Made by a program: the position numbers and the translations under genes
In this document: positions 46,046 to 55,177 of the stretch, one piece after another
Numbering within the stretch: position 1 is the first letter of the stretch
Layout: each line of letters opens with the position of its first letter
DNA from: an uncultured Gemmatimonadales bacterium
GTDB taxonomy: Bacteria; Gemmatimonadota; Gemmatimonadetes; Gemmatimonadales; GWC2-71-9
Length of the DNA: 64,000 bases
Assembly: GCA_963697065.1 (NCBI GenBank)
Contig: CAVOMQ010000001.1
Coordinates: 252,538 to 316,537, forward strand
Reading direction: 5' to 3'
The notes under the pieces: generated by a model
Told to the model about the DNA's origin: nothing
What the model saw: the letters and a program-made list of their open reading frames with translations, nothing else
The model's database searches: none

Positions 46046-47737
46046 TCAGCGATCTGGCGCGAGGTGCTCCGGCGGCAACATCGTCTTGAGCTGGTCGAGG
46101 GGAATGATTCCCTCGTTGACCAGCGCCAGGGCGTGATCGCGCAGCGGCATCAGGCCGGCGGTCATGGCATGGTGGCGCAATTCGTCGACGGTGGCGTTGC
46201 GCGCGATGGCAAGCCGCAGCGCCGGCGACGCCGGCAGGTACTCCACCACGGCGATCCGCCCGTAGCCGCCGGTGCCGCGGCAATGGTCGCACCCGGCGCC
46301 CTTGAAGAACTTCATGTCCGCCGGGACGCCGTCGGGGAAGACCTCCGCGGCCAGCGTGGCGTCGGGCGTGTCGGGCACGCGGCAGCCGTCGCAGATGCGC
46401 CGTGCCAGCCGCTGCGAGAAGACCGCCAGCAGTTCACTGCCGATCGAATTGGGGTGCATGCCGAGGTCGCGGAGGCGCTGCACCGCGTCGACCGAATCGT
46501 TGCAGTGCAGCGTCGACAGCACCAGGTGCCCGGTCTGCGAGGCCCGCAGCGCTTCCAAGGCGGTTTCAGCGTCGCGGATTTCGCCGACGAGGATCACGTC
46601 GGGGTCCTCGCGCACGAAGGCCCGCATCGCGTCGGCGAACTCGAACCCGATCTCCGGCTTGACCTGCGTCTGCTGCACACCGTCGAGCGCGTATTCGATC
46701 GGATCCTCGACGGTGATCACCTTCCGGGTCACGTCCGCCGCCAGCACCTGCAGGCCGGCATACAGTGTGGTCGACTTTCCCGATCCGGTCGGGCCGACCA
46801 CGAGAATCAGCCCTCCCGGCGAGTCGAGCAGGCGCCGGTATACCGTCGCCACGCGCTCGGGGAATCCGAGTTCGTTGATGCCGACCATCGTGGTGTCCTG
46901 GGGCAGCAACCGCATCACCACGTGCTCGCCGTGCAGGCAGGGCTGGGTCTGCACCCGGATATCGAACACCTGCTTTCCCGAACGCGTCACGAACCGCCCG
47001 CCCTGCGGCAATCGATGCTCGGCGATATCGAGGCCGGAGCGGATCTTGATCACGTTGACCAGGCCCATTCGCTGCGCGTCGGTCAACTGATAGTGCTTGA
47101 GATCCCGCAGGTCGCCGTCGACGCGGAGCCGGACCCGAGTGCGGCCGCGGTAGGTCTCGACGTGAATGTCGCTGGCCCGTTCGCCCACGGCATCGAGCAG
47201 CATCTCGTCGAGCAATTTCTGCGCATATTCATTGGTCGCGGCGTCGAGACCCACAAGCAGGTCTTCGGCCTGACGCATCGACGGCGCGGAGGCCTGTTCC
47301 TTGCCGGCCTGTTCCAGGTCAAGCGCCATCCGCAAGCGCCGCAGATCGGTGGGCGTGACCACCACCTGGTCGACCTTTTCGGCGCCGAGCGCCGACCCGA
47401 GTCCGGGGACTTCGAGAAACGGGTCGCTGGTCGCCACCACCAGATGGCCGTTGAGCTTCCGGATCGGCAGGACGTGATTGTATTCCTGGAAACGTTGCGA
47501 CACCGAGCGAGCCAGTTCGGGATCGATGTCGGCAAGCAGCTCGTCGCTGCTGCGATACGGCATGTTATGAATACTGGCGAGCGCGCGATACACGTCGCGT
47601 TCTTCGAGCACGCCCTGCTCGATCAGCGTCTCGCCCAGTGGCCGACGGGCACGTTTCGCTTCGGCGACGCCCTTGTCGATCTGCTCTGTCGTCGCCATAC
47701 CGGCGCGGACCAGCTCGGCACCAAGTTTCATCGGCAT
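46046..47737 (-). CDS. GspE/PilB-family secretion (type II / type IV pilus-like) ATPase
   Basis: 563-aa ORF. Walker A GPTGSGKST, Asp box VITVEDPIEY, Walker B ILVGEIRD, His box LVLSTLH, and a tetracysteine CDGC...CDHC. It has an N-terminal T2SSE_N/MshEN-like domain. Confidence 0.92.
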   Translation of the reverse strand: MPMKLGAELVRAGMATTEQIDKGVAEAKRARRPLGETLIEQGVLEERDVYRALASIHNMPYRSSDELLADIDPELARSVSQRFQEYNHVLPIRKLNGHLVVATSDPFLEVPGLGSALGAEKVDQVVVTPTDLRRLRMALDLEQAGKEQASAPSMRQAEDLLVGLDAATNEYAQKLLDEMLLDAVGERASDIHVETYRGRTRVRLRVDGDLRDLKHYQLTDAQRMGLVNVIKIRSGLDIAEHRLPQGGRFVTRSGKQVFDIRVQTQPCLHGEHVVMRLLPQDTTMVGINELGFPERVATVYRRLLDSPGGLILVVGPTGSGKSTTLYAGLQVLAADVTRKVITVEDPIEYALDGVQQTQVKPEIGFEFADAMRAFVREDPDVILVGEIRDAETALEALRASQTGHLVLSTLHCNDSVDAVQRLRDLGMHPNSIGSELLAVFSQRLARRICDGCRVPDTPDATLAAEVFPDGVPADMKFFKGAGCDHCRGTGGYGRIAVVEYLPASPALRLAIARNATVDELRHHAMTAGLMPLRDHALALVNEGIIPLDQLKTMLPPEHLAPDR

Positions 47738-47777
47738 GCCTGCTGCCTCACGCCGCGGATCGTATCCCCATGCCCCG

Positions 47778-48410
47778 TCACAATACCCCTACCATGACCC
47801 GTGGCGCCCACGCCGGCTCGGGCACCCGCGGCTTCAGGGCGGAACGGCGGGACAAGTCGCCGACGCCGGTGACCGGCCGTTGCAGTCCGGCGGCAAAACG
47901 GCGCGCGAACGCCCGCAGGTCGGGCCAGTCGGTGTATTCGTAATCCCGGCTGGTGTCGGTGTCGCCGCCCGCTTTGGCGACGATCCGCTGCATGGCGCGG
48001 CGCTTGAGCCAGCCATATCGCGTGTACTTGAGCGCTCCGGCCACGAACTTCACCTCACCGGGCGTCCAACGGGTCCGCGCGACAAACCGGCGTACGCTCT
48101 CGTCGAGATCGTGGCCCGCCCGTGCGGTCTGTTCACGCACCGCGAGACAGACACCGACGAACACGGCCGGCCGCTCGCCGAGTGCCGCGGCGTTCTGCCG
48201 GGCCCAGCGCACCACGTTCCGCTGATAGCGCCCCGCGTGGAGTGAGGCGGCGACGATCACACCGTCGTAACTCCACGCCCTGGCCGGTGCCGCCCCGGCA
48301 CGGATCAGGTCCACGCCAAGCCCGAGGCCTCGCAGTTCTTCCGTGAGATACGCGGCGATCTTCTCGGTCTGGCCGTCAGTAGTGCCGTACGTGATCAGGA
48401 CCCGCGCCAT
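47778..48410 (-). CDS. hemG: Protoporphyrinogen IX dehydrogenase (menaquinone), flavodoxin-like
   Basis: 210-aa ORF. MARVLITYGTTDGQTEKIA (flavodoxin FMN loop) and the HemG-specific insert GALKYTRYGWLKRRAMQRIVAKAGGDTDTSRDYEYTDW. Confidence 0.8.
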   Translation of the reverse strand: MARVLITYGTTDGQTEKIAAYLTEELRGLGLGVDLIRAGAAPARAWSYDGVIVAASLHAGRYQRNVVRWARQNAAALGERPAVFVGVCLAVREQTARAGHDLDESVRRFVARTRWTPGEVKFVAGALKYTRYGWLKRRAMQRIVAKAGGDTDTSRDYEYTDWPDLRAFARRFAAGLQRPVTGVGDLSRRSALKPRVPEPAWAPRVMVGVL

Positions 48411-48490
48411 GGCGATACCCTCCCCCGACTGGTGCGGGGATCATCGCCGTCGCGCGGTGGACCCAGCATGAAAATCCGGTGAAGGAATCT

Positions 48491-49213
48491 TCAGGAACGG
48501 CGGCGCCATGGCCGCGGCACCAGCGCCGGGACCTGGGCCTGGTATTCAGCGTATGGCGCGCCGAAATGCCCCGTCAGCAGCCGCTCTTCCTGCCCGGCCT
48601 TGATGACAAACCCGATCAGCACCAGCAGGAATCCTGTGGCGGCGGCGACGGTGGTCTCCATGACGGCCGTGCCGAACAGCGCCAGCAGCAGGCCGGTGTA
48701 AATCGGATGGCGCACCAGCGCGTACGGCCCGGTGCGGATGATGGCATGGGACGCCTTGAGCGTCGGCATGACGCTCCAGTACTGGCCCAGAACCCGGCGC
48801 GCCCAGACGGTGAACAGCAGACCGGCCAGGACGCACGCCAGCCCGAACCACGCGAGCGGCGTCGGGGACAGCGCTCGCCACGGCTGCAGCAGTCCGGCCC
48901 CGCGCGGATTCGCGACGAGCAACATCGCCCCGGCAACCGTCGGCACACCATACGCCAAGCGGTCCGCGATCGGCTGGACGATCACACCCTTGCGGTTCGA
49001 CCAGCCGACCGCCCGCCATCCCACGATCCAGACGATCCAGAGGAAGGCAATCGAGATACGCGGGAAGGCGATGGACATGGCAGGGCTCATCCGCCGTGGG
49101 AGTACACCGTTGAAAATACCCGCGAACGCGACAACCCCCTCACGGTGGGGCATCGCCATCACCGTGAGGGGGCTGTCATCGCTGGCGACGAGCGTCCGGT
49201 CTTTCGACATCAC
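48491..49213 (-). CDS. ICMT/PEMT-family membrane methyltransferase
   Basis: 240-aa track ORF; a later Met may be the true start. The C-terminal signature is LGQYWS...IIRTGPYALVRHPIYTGLLLALFG...EERLLTGHFGAPYAEY. Confidence 0.8.
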   Translation of the reverse strand: MMSKDRTLVASDDSPLTVMAMPHREGVVAFAGIFNGVLPRRMSPAMSIAFPRISIAFLWIVWIVGWRAVGWSNRKGVIVQPIADRLAYGVPTVAGAMLLVANPRGAGLLQPWRALSPTPLAWFGLACVLAGLLFTVWARRVLGQYWSVMPTLKASHAIIRTGPYALVRHPIYTGLLLALFGTAVMETTVAAATGFLLVLIGFVIKAGQEERLLTGHFGAPYAEYQAQVPALVPRPWRRRS

Positions 49214-49590
49214 GCGATACGTGATCCGGCCCGCTCGTCTTACCCTTGTCGCACGGCCGACTCAGGTGTGCCGCGCTCAGGCGGCTCCTCGGTTGTGGCC
49301 AGCGGCCTCACAACCTGACCGACAGCGTCGAATCGCTGTCGCCCGCTCTTCCGGCGGCGTCCCGCGGGAAGATCCCGTCCGCGGTCTGTTCCGTGCCGCG
49401 GACGCAGAGGAGATATTACCGCCGCTCCCGGAACGCGCAAGTAGGTGAAAGCCGGACAGGAAAGCGGTCGAGGGTGGAGGGACCGAGGGATGCTACGGTC
49501 GAATGCCATCGACAACGACCCCGGCCGCCGATATTCTCCAAACCCCGATCCGGTGATGTCCACGGTCGCAACGTCATCAGGAGTGACGCC

Positions 49591-50706
49591 ATGAGCGGAG
49601 TCAGGGTGCTGGTCGGCACGCACAAGGGTGCCTTCATTCTTACCGCCGACGCCGGTCGCGCGAAATGGAAGGTGTCCGGCCCACACCTTTCCGGCTGGGA
49701 CATCTACCACCTGAAGGGATCGCCGGTCGATCCTGACCGGATCTACGCCTCGCAGACCAGTTCGTGGTTCGGGCAGGTGGTGCAGCGCTCCGACGACGGC
49801 GGCCGGACCTGGAACGCCGTGGGGAACGAGTTCAAGTACGACGGCGTCCCCGGCACCCACCAGTGGTACGACGGCACGCCGCATCCCTGGGAATTCAAGC
49901 GGGTCTGGCACTTCGAGCCGTCGCTGACCGAGCGCGATACGGTCTACGCCGGCGTCGAGGATGCTGCCCTGTTCCGCTCGACCGACGGCGGCCAGAGCTG
50001 GCACGAACTCTCCGGCCTGCGCGGCCACGGCACCGGCCCCAGGTGGTCGCCGGGTGCCGGCGGAATGTGTCTCCACACCATCGTGCTCGATCGCGGCAAC
50101 CCGCAACGGATGTTCATCGCCATCTCGGCCGCGGGGGCGTTCCGCACCGACGATGGCGGCGCCACCTGGAAACCGATCACCAAGGGGCTGCACTCGGAAC
50201 ACATTCCCGATCCGACCGCCGAGGTGGGCCATTGTGTCCATCGCATCGCGATGCATCCGTCGCGCCCGGACACACTCTACATGCAGAAGCACTGGGACGT
50301 GCTGCGGACCGACAATGCGGGCGACGAGTGGCACGAAGTGAGCGGCAACCTGCCGACCGATTTCGGCTTCGTGATCGACGTGCACGCCCACGAACCGGAA
50401 ACGATCTACGTGGTGCCGATCACCAGTGACTCGCAGCACTACCCGCCCAAGGGGCGGCTCCGCGTGTATCGCAGTCGCACCGGCGGGAACGAGTGGGAAC
50501 CGCTTTCGAAGGGACTGCCGCAGCGCAACTGCTACGTGAACGTGTTGCGGGACGCGATGGCGGTCGATTCCCTCGACGAGTGCGGAGTCTATTTCGGAAC
50601 GACCGGCGGCCAGGTGTATGCGTCGGCAGATGGCGGCGACAGCTGGAAGGCGATCGCGAGTCACCTGCCGTCGGTGCTCTCGGTCGAAGTGCAGACGCTG
50701 GCATGA
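49591..50706 (+). CDS. BNR/Asp-box repeat beta-propeller protein (sialidase-like fold), no signal peptide
   Basis: ATG 49591, with AGGAG 8 nt upstream, inside track ORF 49246..50706. Six Asp-box-like motifs: [48 protein letters not shown]. Confidence 0.85.
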   Translation: MSGVRVLVGTHKGAFILTADAGRAKWKVSGPHLSGWDIYHLKGSPVDPDRIYASQTSSWFGQVVQRSDDGGRTWNAVGNEFKYDGVPGTHQWYDGTPHPWEFKRVWHFEPSLTERDTVYAGVEDAALFRSTDGGQSWHELSGLRGHGTGPRWSPGAGGMCLHTIVLDRGNPQRMFIAISAAGAFRTDDGGATWKPITKGLHSEHIPDPTAEVGHCVHRIAMHPSRPDTLYMQKHWDVLRTDNAGDEWHEVSGNLPTDFGFVIDVHAHEPETIYVVPITSDSQHYPPKGRLRVYRSRTGGNEWEPLSKGLPQRNCYVNVLRDAMAVDSLDECGVYFGTTGGQVYASADGGDSWKAIASHLPSVLSVEVQTLA

Positions 50707-50999
50707 TCCGGGTGGCGCTGCCCGAGCCGTTGCGGGTGTTGGCGCGGATCAATGGCGACGTGCGGGTGACGACCACCGGTCCGGCGACCCAGCGCAGCGT
50801 GCTCGACGCCGTCGAGACATGCTATCCGATGCTCAAGGGCACGATCCGCGACCGCGACACCCAGCATCGCCGGGCCTATCTCCGCTTCTACGCTTGTGAA
50901 CAGGATCTGTCGTTCGAGTCGCCCGACGCCCCCCTGCCGGAGGCGGTGGTGCGGGGGGAGGAGCCGTTCCAGATCGTGGGTGCGATCGCGGGAGGGTGA
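50703..50999 (+). CDS. MoaD/ThiS-family ubiquitin-like beta-grasp protein ending in Gly-Gly
   Basis: ATG 50703 (ATGA overlap) inside track ORF 50493..50999, 98 aa. It starts [14 protein letters not shown] and ends ...[14 protein letters not shown]. Confidence 0.75.
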   Translation: MIRVALPEPLRVLARINGDVRVTTTGPATQRSVLDAVETCYPMLKGTIRDRDTQHRRAYLRFYACEQDLSFESPDAPLPEAVVRGEEPFQIVGAIAGG

Positions 51000-51111
51000 T
51001 CGTCCACGGCAGGTAGCCTGTCGAAATCCGCGCCCCTCATTCGACATCATGGTGAAGACTCGATACCCGGGATCCCCCCGGATCGACAGTGCGCTCCACC
51101 AGGAGATAACC

Positions 51112-51507
51112 ATGCGATTCATGATGCTGATGATCCCCAGGGTGTACCAGCAGGGGGCGGTCGACCCCGGCTTTGCGCCCGACGCGGCAGCGGTGGCGGC
51201 GATGTCGAAGTTCAACGAGTCGCTCAGCAAGGCCGGGGTGTTGCTGGCGCTCGACGGCCTGCACCCGCGCCAAGCCGGATGCCGCGTTGCCTACAGCGGC
51301 GGCAAGTCGAAGGTCCTCGACGGTCCCTACAGCGAGACCAAGGAAGTGCTCGGCGGCTTCTGGATCATCCAGGCCAAGTCGTTCGACGAGGCGCGGGCGT
51401 GGGCGCTCCGCGTGCCGGCGGCGGACGGCGACGTCGTCGAAGTGCGCCAGGTGTTCGAAATGTCGGACTTCCCGGACGACGTGCAGAAGGCGGCCGGCGC
51501 GGCATGA
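51112..51507 (+). CDS. YCII-related (DGPF) domain protein
   Basis: ATG 51112, with AGGAG upstream, inside track ORF 50896..51507. VLDGPYSETKEVLGGFWIIQAKSFDEARAWA is typical of YCII/DGPF. Confidence 0.85.
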   Translation: MRFMMLMIPRVYQQGAVDPGFAPDAAAVAAMSKFNESLSKAGVLLALDGLHPRQAGCRVAYSGGKSKVLDGPYSETKEVLGGFWIIQAKSFDEARAWALRVPAADGDVVEVRQVFEMSDFPDDVQKAAGAA

Positions 51508-52766
51508 CCGATGGTCCCGATGTTGGCGGGACGATCGAGGCAGTCTGGCGCATCGAAGCTCCGCGCCTGATTGCCTCGCTCACTCGCTACTCCGGCGACG
51601 TCGGGACAGCGGAAGACCTGGCCCAGGATGCGCTGGTGGCCGCCCTGGAGCAGTGGCCCGACCGCGGCATTCCCGACAATCCGGCGGCGTGGCTGATGAC
51701 CACCGCCAGACGCCGCGCGATCGACCTGATCCGGCGCGCGCACATGCTCGAGCGCAAGCACGGCGAACTGGAACATGAGCTGGCGCGGCGGGAACAGACG
51801 TTGCCCGATTTCGACACGGCGATCGACGATCCGGTCGGCGACGATCTCCTTGGCCTGATCTTCATCGCGTGCCACCCGGTGCTGCCGCCGGAAGCGCGGA
51901 TCGCGTTGACGCTGCGCCTGCTCGGCGGTCTGACGACGGAAGAGATCGCCCGCGCGTTTCTCGCTCCCACCGTAACGGTCGCACAACGGATCGTGCGCGC
52001 CAAACGGACACTGGCCGAAGCGCACGTGCCGTTCGAGGTTCCCCGCGGCGACGAACTCACGGCGCGCCTTCCCGCCGTGCTCAGCGTCATCTATCTCATC
52101 TTCAACGAAGGCTATTCGGCCACGAGCGGTGCCGACTGGTTCCGTACCGGGCTCTGCCACGAAGCGCTGCGGCTGGGACGCGTCGTTGCCGGCCTGGCAC
52201 CTGACGAGGCGGAGGCCCACGGACTGGTGGCACTGATGGAGCTGCAGGCGTCGCGGTTGCGGGCGCGGGTGGGACCCGAAGGCGAACCGGTACTACTGCT
52301 CGACCAGGACCGGTCCCGATGGGATCAGGTGGGGATTCGCCGCGGCATCACCGCGTTGGCGCGCGCCGCGGGACTGGGCGATGCGCTCGGCCCCTATGCG
52401 CTGCAGGCCGCAATCGCCTCCTGCCACGCCACCGCACGCGCCGCGGCCGAGACCGACTGGGAACGGATCGTGGCGCTCTACGACGCGCTCGCCGGACTGC
52501 AGCCGTCACCGGTGGTTCAGCTCAACCGTGCCGTGGCCGTGGGTATGGCGTACGGCCCCAAGGCCGCGCTCGAGATTGTCGACCAGTTGGCCGGCGAGCC
52601 GGTGCTGCAATCGTACCACCTGTTGCCGACGGTGCGCGGCGACCTGCTGCAGAAACTGGGTCGGATTGTTGAAGCTGGCGATGAATTCCGGCGCGCCGCT
52701 TCGCTCACGTCCAACGCGCGGGAACGGACGATGCTGCTGGCGCGCGCCGACTCGTGCGCCAACTGA
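51504..52766 (+). CDS. ECF sigma factor with long C-terminal TPR-like extension (ECF42-type architecture)
   Basis: ATG 51504 (ATGA overlap) inside track ORF 51279..52766, 420 aa. Sigma-2 is AEDLAQDALVAALEQWP...PAAWLMTTARRRAIDLIR and sigma-4 is LTLRLLGGLTTEEIARAFLAPTVTVAQRIVRAKR. A ~230-aa helical extension follows. Confidence 0.9.
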   Translation: MTDGPDVGGTIEAVWRIEAPRLIASLTRYSGDVGTAEDLAQDALVAALEQWPDRGIPDNPAAWLMTTARRRAIDLIRRAHMLERKHGELEHELARREQTLPDFDTAIDDPVGDDLLGLIFIACHPVLPPEARIALTLRLLGGLTTEEIARAFLAPTVTVAQRIVRAKRTLAEAHVPFEVPRGDELTARLPAVLSVIYLIFNEGYSATSGADWFRTGLCHEALRLGRVVAGLAPDEAEAHGLVALMELQASRLRARVGPEGEPVLLLDQDRSRWDQVGIRRGITALARAAGLGDALGPYALQAAIASCHATARAAAETDWERIVALYDALAGLQPSPVVQLNRAVAVGMAYGPKAALEIVDQLAGEPVLQSYHLLPTVRGDLLQKLGRIVEAGDEFRRAASLTSNARERTMLLARADSCAN

Positions 52767-52791
52767 ATCCACTCGACATCCCGGCCAATCG

Positions 52792-53268
52792 TCACATCCA
52801 GCGCCGCACGCGGCGCCGGTACTCGGCGTATGTGACGGGAAATGCCGCCGCGAGATACCGCTCTTCGCGGACGATGATGGCGCGGTCGATGACCACCAGT
52901 ACCAACGGGAGCAGCATGACCGGCCACCAGGAATCGATCAGCAGTGCCGCGCCGACGTAGAGCATGGTCAGCGACAGGTACATCGGATTCCTCGTGAACC
53001 GGTAGATGCCGGTCACGACCAGCGTGCGTGCAGGACGGTGGGGGAGGATCGCGGTGTGCGCGCGCACGAATTGCGCCAGCGCCGACCCGGCGACGAGTAC
53101 CGAGAGCGCCGCCAGCACCCAGCCGGCCATGGTGAAGGTATGCGCGCCGGCTGCCGACGGCGCGATCGACAACCGGTCGCGTCGGTCGAGTCCGTATCCG
53201 ATCAGGAAGCCGATCGCGTAGACAAACGGTGGTGGGAAATGGACCCCGGCGTCCTTGGGCGTCGACAC
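52792..53268 (-). CDS. ICMT/PEMT-family membrane methyltransferase (second copy of the family)
   Basis: 158-aa ORF. LVVTGIYRFTRNPMYLSLTMLYVG...EERYLAAAFPVTYAEYRRRVRRW. Confidence 0.85.
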   Translation of the reverse strand: MSTPKDAGVHFPPPFVYAIGFLIGYGLDRRDRLSIAPSAAGAHTFTMAGWVLAALSVLVAGSALAQFVRAHTAILPHRPARTLVVTGIYRFTRNPMYLSLTMLYVGAALLIDSWWPVMLLPLVLVVIDRAIIVREERYLAAAFPVTYAEYRRRVRRWM

Positions 53269-53392
53269 CGCGGAGTCGGCCTTCAGTGACGCGGCCCGCG
53301 GTGGCCGAGCGTGCGGAGTTCGTCCTTTGCCGCCTCGAGCCGCGTCCGCGGCGTGGTCGAGAGATCCGGGCCGGCGCGATTGATGGAGAACG

Positions 53393-54076
53393 TCATGCCA
53401 CCGGCGCGCTCCGCCACTGCAACCGCGAATCGAGCCACCCGGACAGCACCACCAACAGCAACATCTCGACCAGCACCGCGCCTTCGGACCAACCGAAATA
53501 ATCCGTGGCGAGCAGCGCCAGCATCAGCGCCCCGGTGACCCCGGCCGCCCAGGCCGCCCTGGCCTTTCCGCCCGGAACCCCGTTCGCGACAACCGGCGAC
53601 CGCACCGCCGCCCGCGCATACAGGTAACCGCCTGCCAGCACCAGCAGCAGCTCGACCGACGCGCTGGCCACCGGATGCCCCCACAGTCCGAAGCCGAGCA
53701 ACGGCAGATGGCCGGCGTTGCCGGGAAGAATCGGCATGTCGGGGTGATGCACGATGAGGTCGAGCACCCAGTGGGAGAAGGCGACGCCGGCGATGACAAG
53801 TCCGGCGCGCGCGCCCCACACCATCCGCGCGAGCGCGCCCGCGATCATCGCGATGAGCAGCGCGCCCAGGAGCGAATGATCGTAGAAGGCCCGGATCGTG
53901 ACCTCCCCGTAGGCCGGGTGCGTCGGATCGAACGGCGTGAAGCTCTCGACACCGGCCAGCACCAGGATGATGAACACGACGTCGAGGAGATACGTGCTGA
54001 GCATCAACGCCCAGAGTGGAACCCGCGGGGCGCCGGCTTTGACGCCCGCGGCAAATCCGAAATGTCCGGCGGTCAT
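53393..54076 (-). CDS. Membrane-bound metal-dependent hydrolase (YdjM/DUF457-like)
   Basis: ATG 54076 inside track ORF 53393..54109. It is polytopic and has His-rich motifs (FYDHSLLGA, SHWVLDLIVHHPDMP). The family call is tentative. Confidence 0.6.
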   Translation of the reverse strand: MTAGHFGFAAGVKAGAPRVPLWALMLSTYLLDVVFIILVLAGVESFTPFDPTHPAYGEVTIRAFYDHSLLGALLIAMIAGALARMVWGARAGLVIAGVAFSHWVLDLIVHHPDMPILPGNAGHLPLLGFGLWGHPVASASVELLLVLAGGYLYARAAVRSPVVANGVPGGKARAAWAAGVTGALMLALLATDYFGWSEGAVLVEMLLLVVLSGWLDSRLQWRSAPVA

Positions 54077-54155
54077 GAGCTGCCTCCTCGGAACCCCGTC
54101 GCGGTCCACCCGCCCGGCCGGCCGGCGGTTCGGGCGGATGGTCGCGGTTCATCGG

Positions 54156-54923
54156 CTACGGGGTTGCTGCCGCGGCAAACCCGGTGAAGGTGAACTTGTA
54201 TGCCTTGGCCGTGCTGTCCCAGGTCGCTTCGAAATGCGTCGGGTAGTGCACGCCCGCCGCGCCATTGGGAACAGCCGGAACATCGTCCGCAAAGGTCTGT
54301 TGCTTCATCAGCGTGGCCTTGCTGATCATCGGCTCGACAAAAATCGGCTGCTGGTGATTGTAGCCAATGAGAATATCGTGGCCGAAGAGCGTGGTGCCGT
54401 TGGCCTCCGCGGTCGGCAGCGAATGCATGCCCATCTTGGGCACGCAGATGCCCACCAGCGTACCCATCCCGGGAATCGTCTCGTCGGGAAGCTCATAGCC
54501 CGCCGGAAGCTGCGCCGGCTTGGTCGTATCGGCACAATCGATCGCATCGATCTGCGCCGTCGGGATGTGGTAGAAATGAAAATCGAAATGCGGCGTCAGG
54601 TATGGCGCCGGCGGATGCCCGTCCGGTTCCCAATAGAACGTGGCGGCGGTGAATCCGGTGGCGGACGTCACCTCGGCCGGGAGCGGCAGGATAGCATCGG
54701 CCACCGGCGGCCAGACCATCGGGATGCTGTCCGGCGCGTTGGAGATTGCCGCCAGCGGGATGGTGGCGCCGAAGCTCGTCAGCGTCTTGCCGGTCATTTC
54801 GCCCCACACGCAGACCTGGGCACCGTTCATGTCGTGGCAACTGCCCTGCACGACCTGCACCTTGTTGTTGCTGCATCCTGCAAGCGCCAGACTCACGAAG
54901 ACGCTCAACGCGCCAAGGCGCAT
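54156..54923 (-). CDS. Lipoprotein, unknown function
   Basis: ATG 54923 inside track ORF 54156..55028. Lipobox VFVSLALAGC. No family recognised. Confidence 0.7.
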   Translation of the reverse strand: MRLGALSVFVSLALAGCSNNKVQVVQGSCHDMNGAQVCVWGEMTGKTLTSFGATIPLAAISNAPDSIPMVWPPVADAILPLPAEVTSATGFTAATFYWEPDGHPPAPYLTPHFDFHFYHIPTAQIDAIDCADTTKPAQLPAGYELPDETIPGMGTLVGICVPKMGMHSLPTAEANGTTLFGHDILIGYNHQQPIFVEPMISKATLMKQQTFADDVPAVPNGAAGVHYPTHFEATWDSTAKAYKFTFTGFAAAATP

Positions 54924-55177
54924 CGTTGTACCGCTGACTGCCCTTGCGATCACGAAATACCTCCGTTGCCGGGGTTCGGTGGAACGTGCGACTGCATCGG
55001 GGGAAGACCCGAGTATACGCCGCCGCACGGCGCTGGCAAGCGCCCCGTCGATAGCGCGACGGTGTGGCGGCGAATTGACGCTGCCCGACCCATGGCGGTA
55101 CCGTCCGCCATGGCCGCAAACCCGTCGCCCCGCCCCGCCCGCCGGCAGCTGGTCCGGATGCTGGTCGCGTTCCGGCC

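Noticed and set aside
45854-47797. 647-aa plus-strand ORF opposite the GspE-type ATPase
   Set aside because: It is antisense to a gene with complete secretion-ATPase boxes and has no motifs of its own.
49405-49590. Cobalamin or other known riboswitch upstream of the BNR/Ubl pair
   Set aside because: GGUGAAAGCCGG resembles the GGUGnnAAnnCC core of cobalamin elements. However, the spacing to the GGAA element is wrong and there is no B12 box (GCCACUG / AGCCAGGAGACCUGCC-like). I saw no match to TPP, SAM, FMN, glycine, c-di-GMP, guanidine, ZTP or fluoride consensus either.
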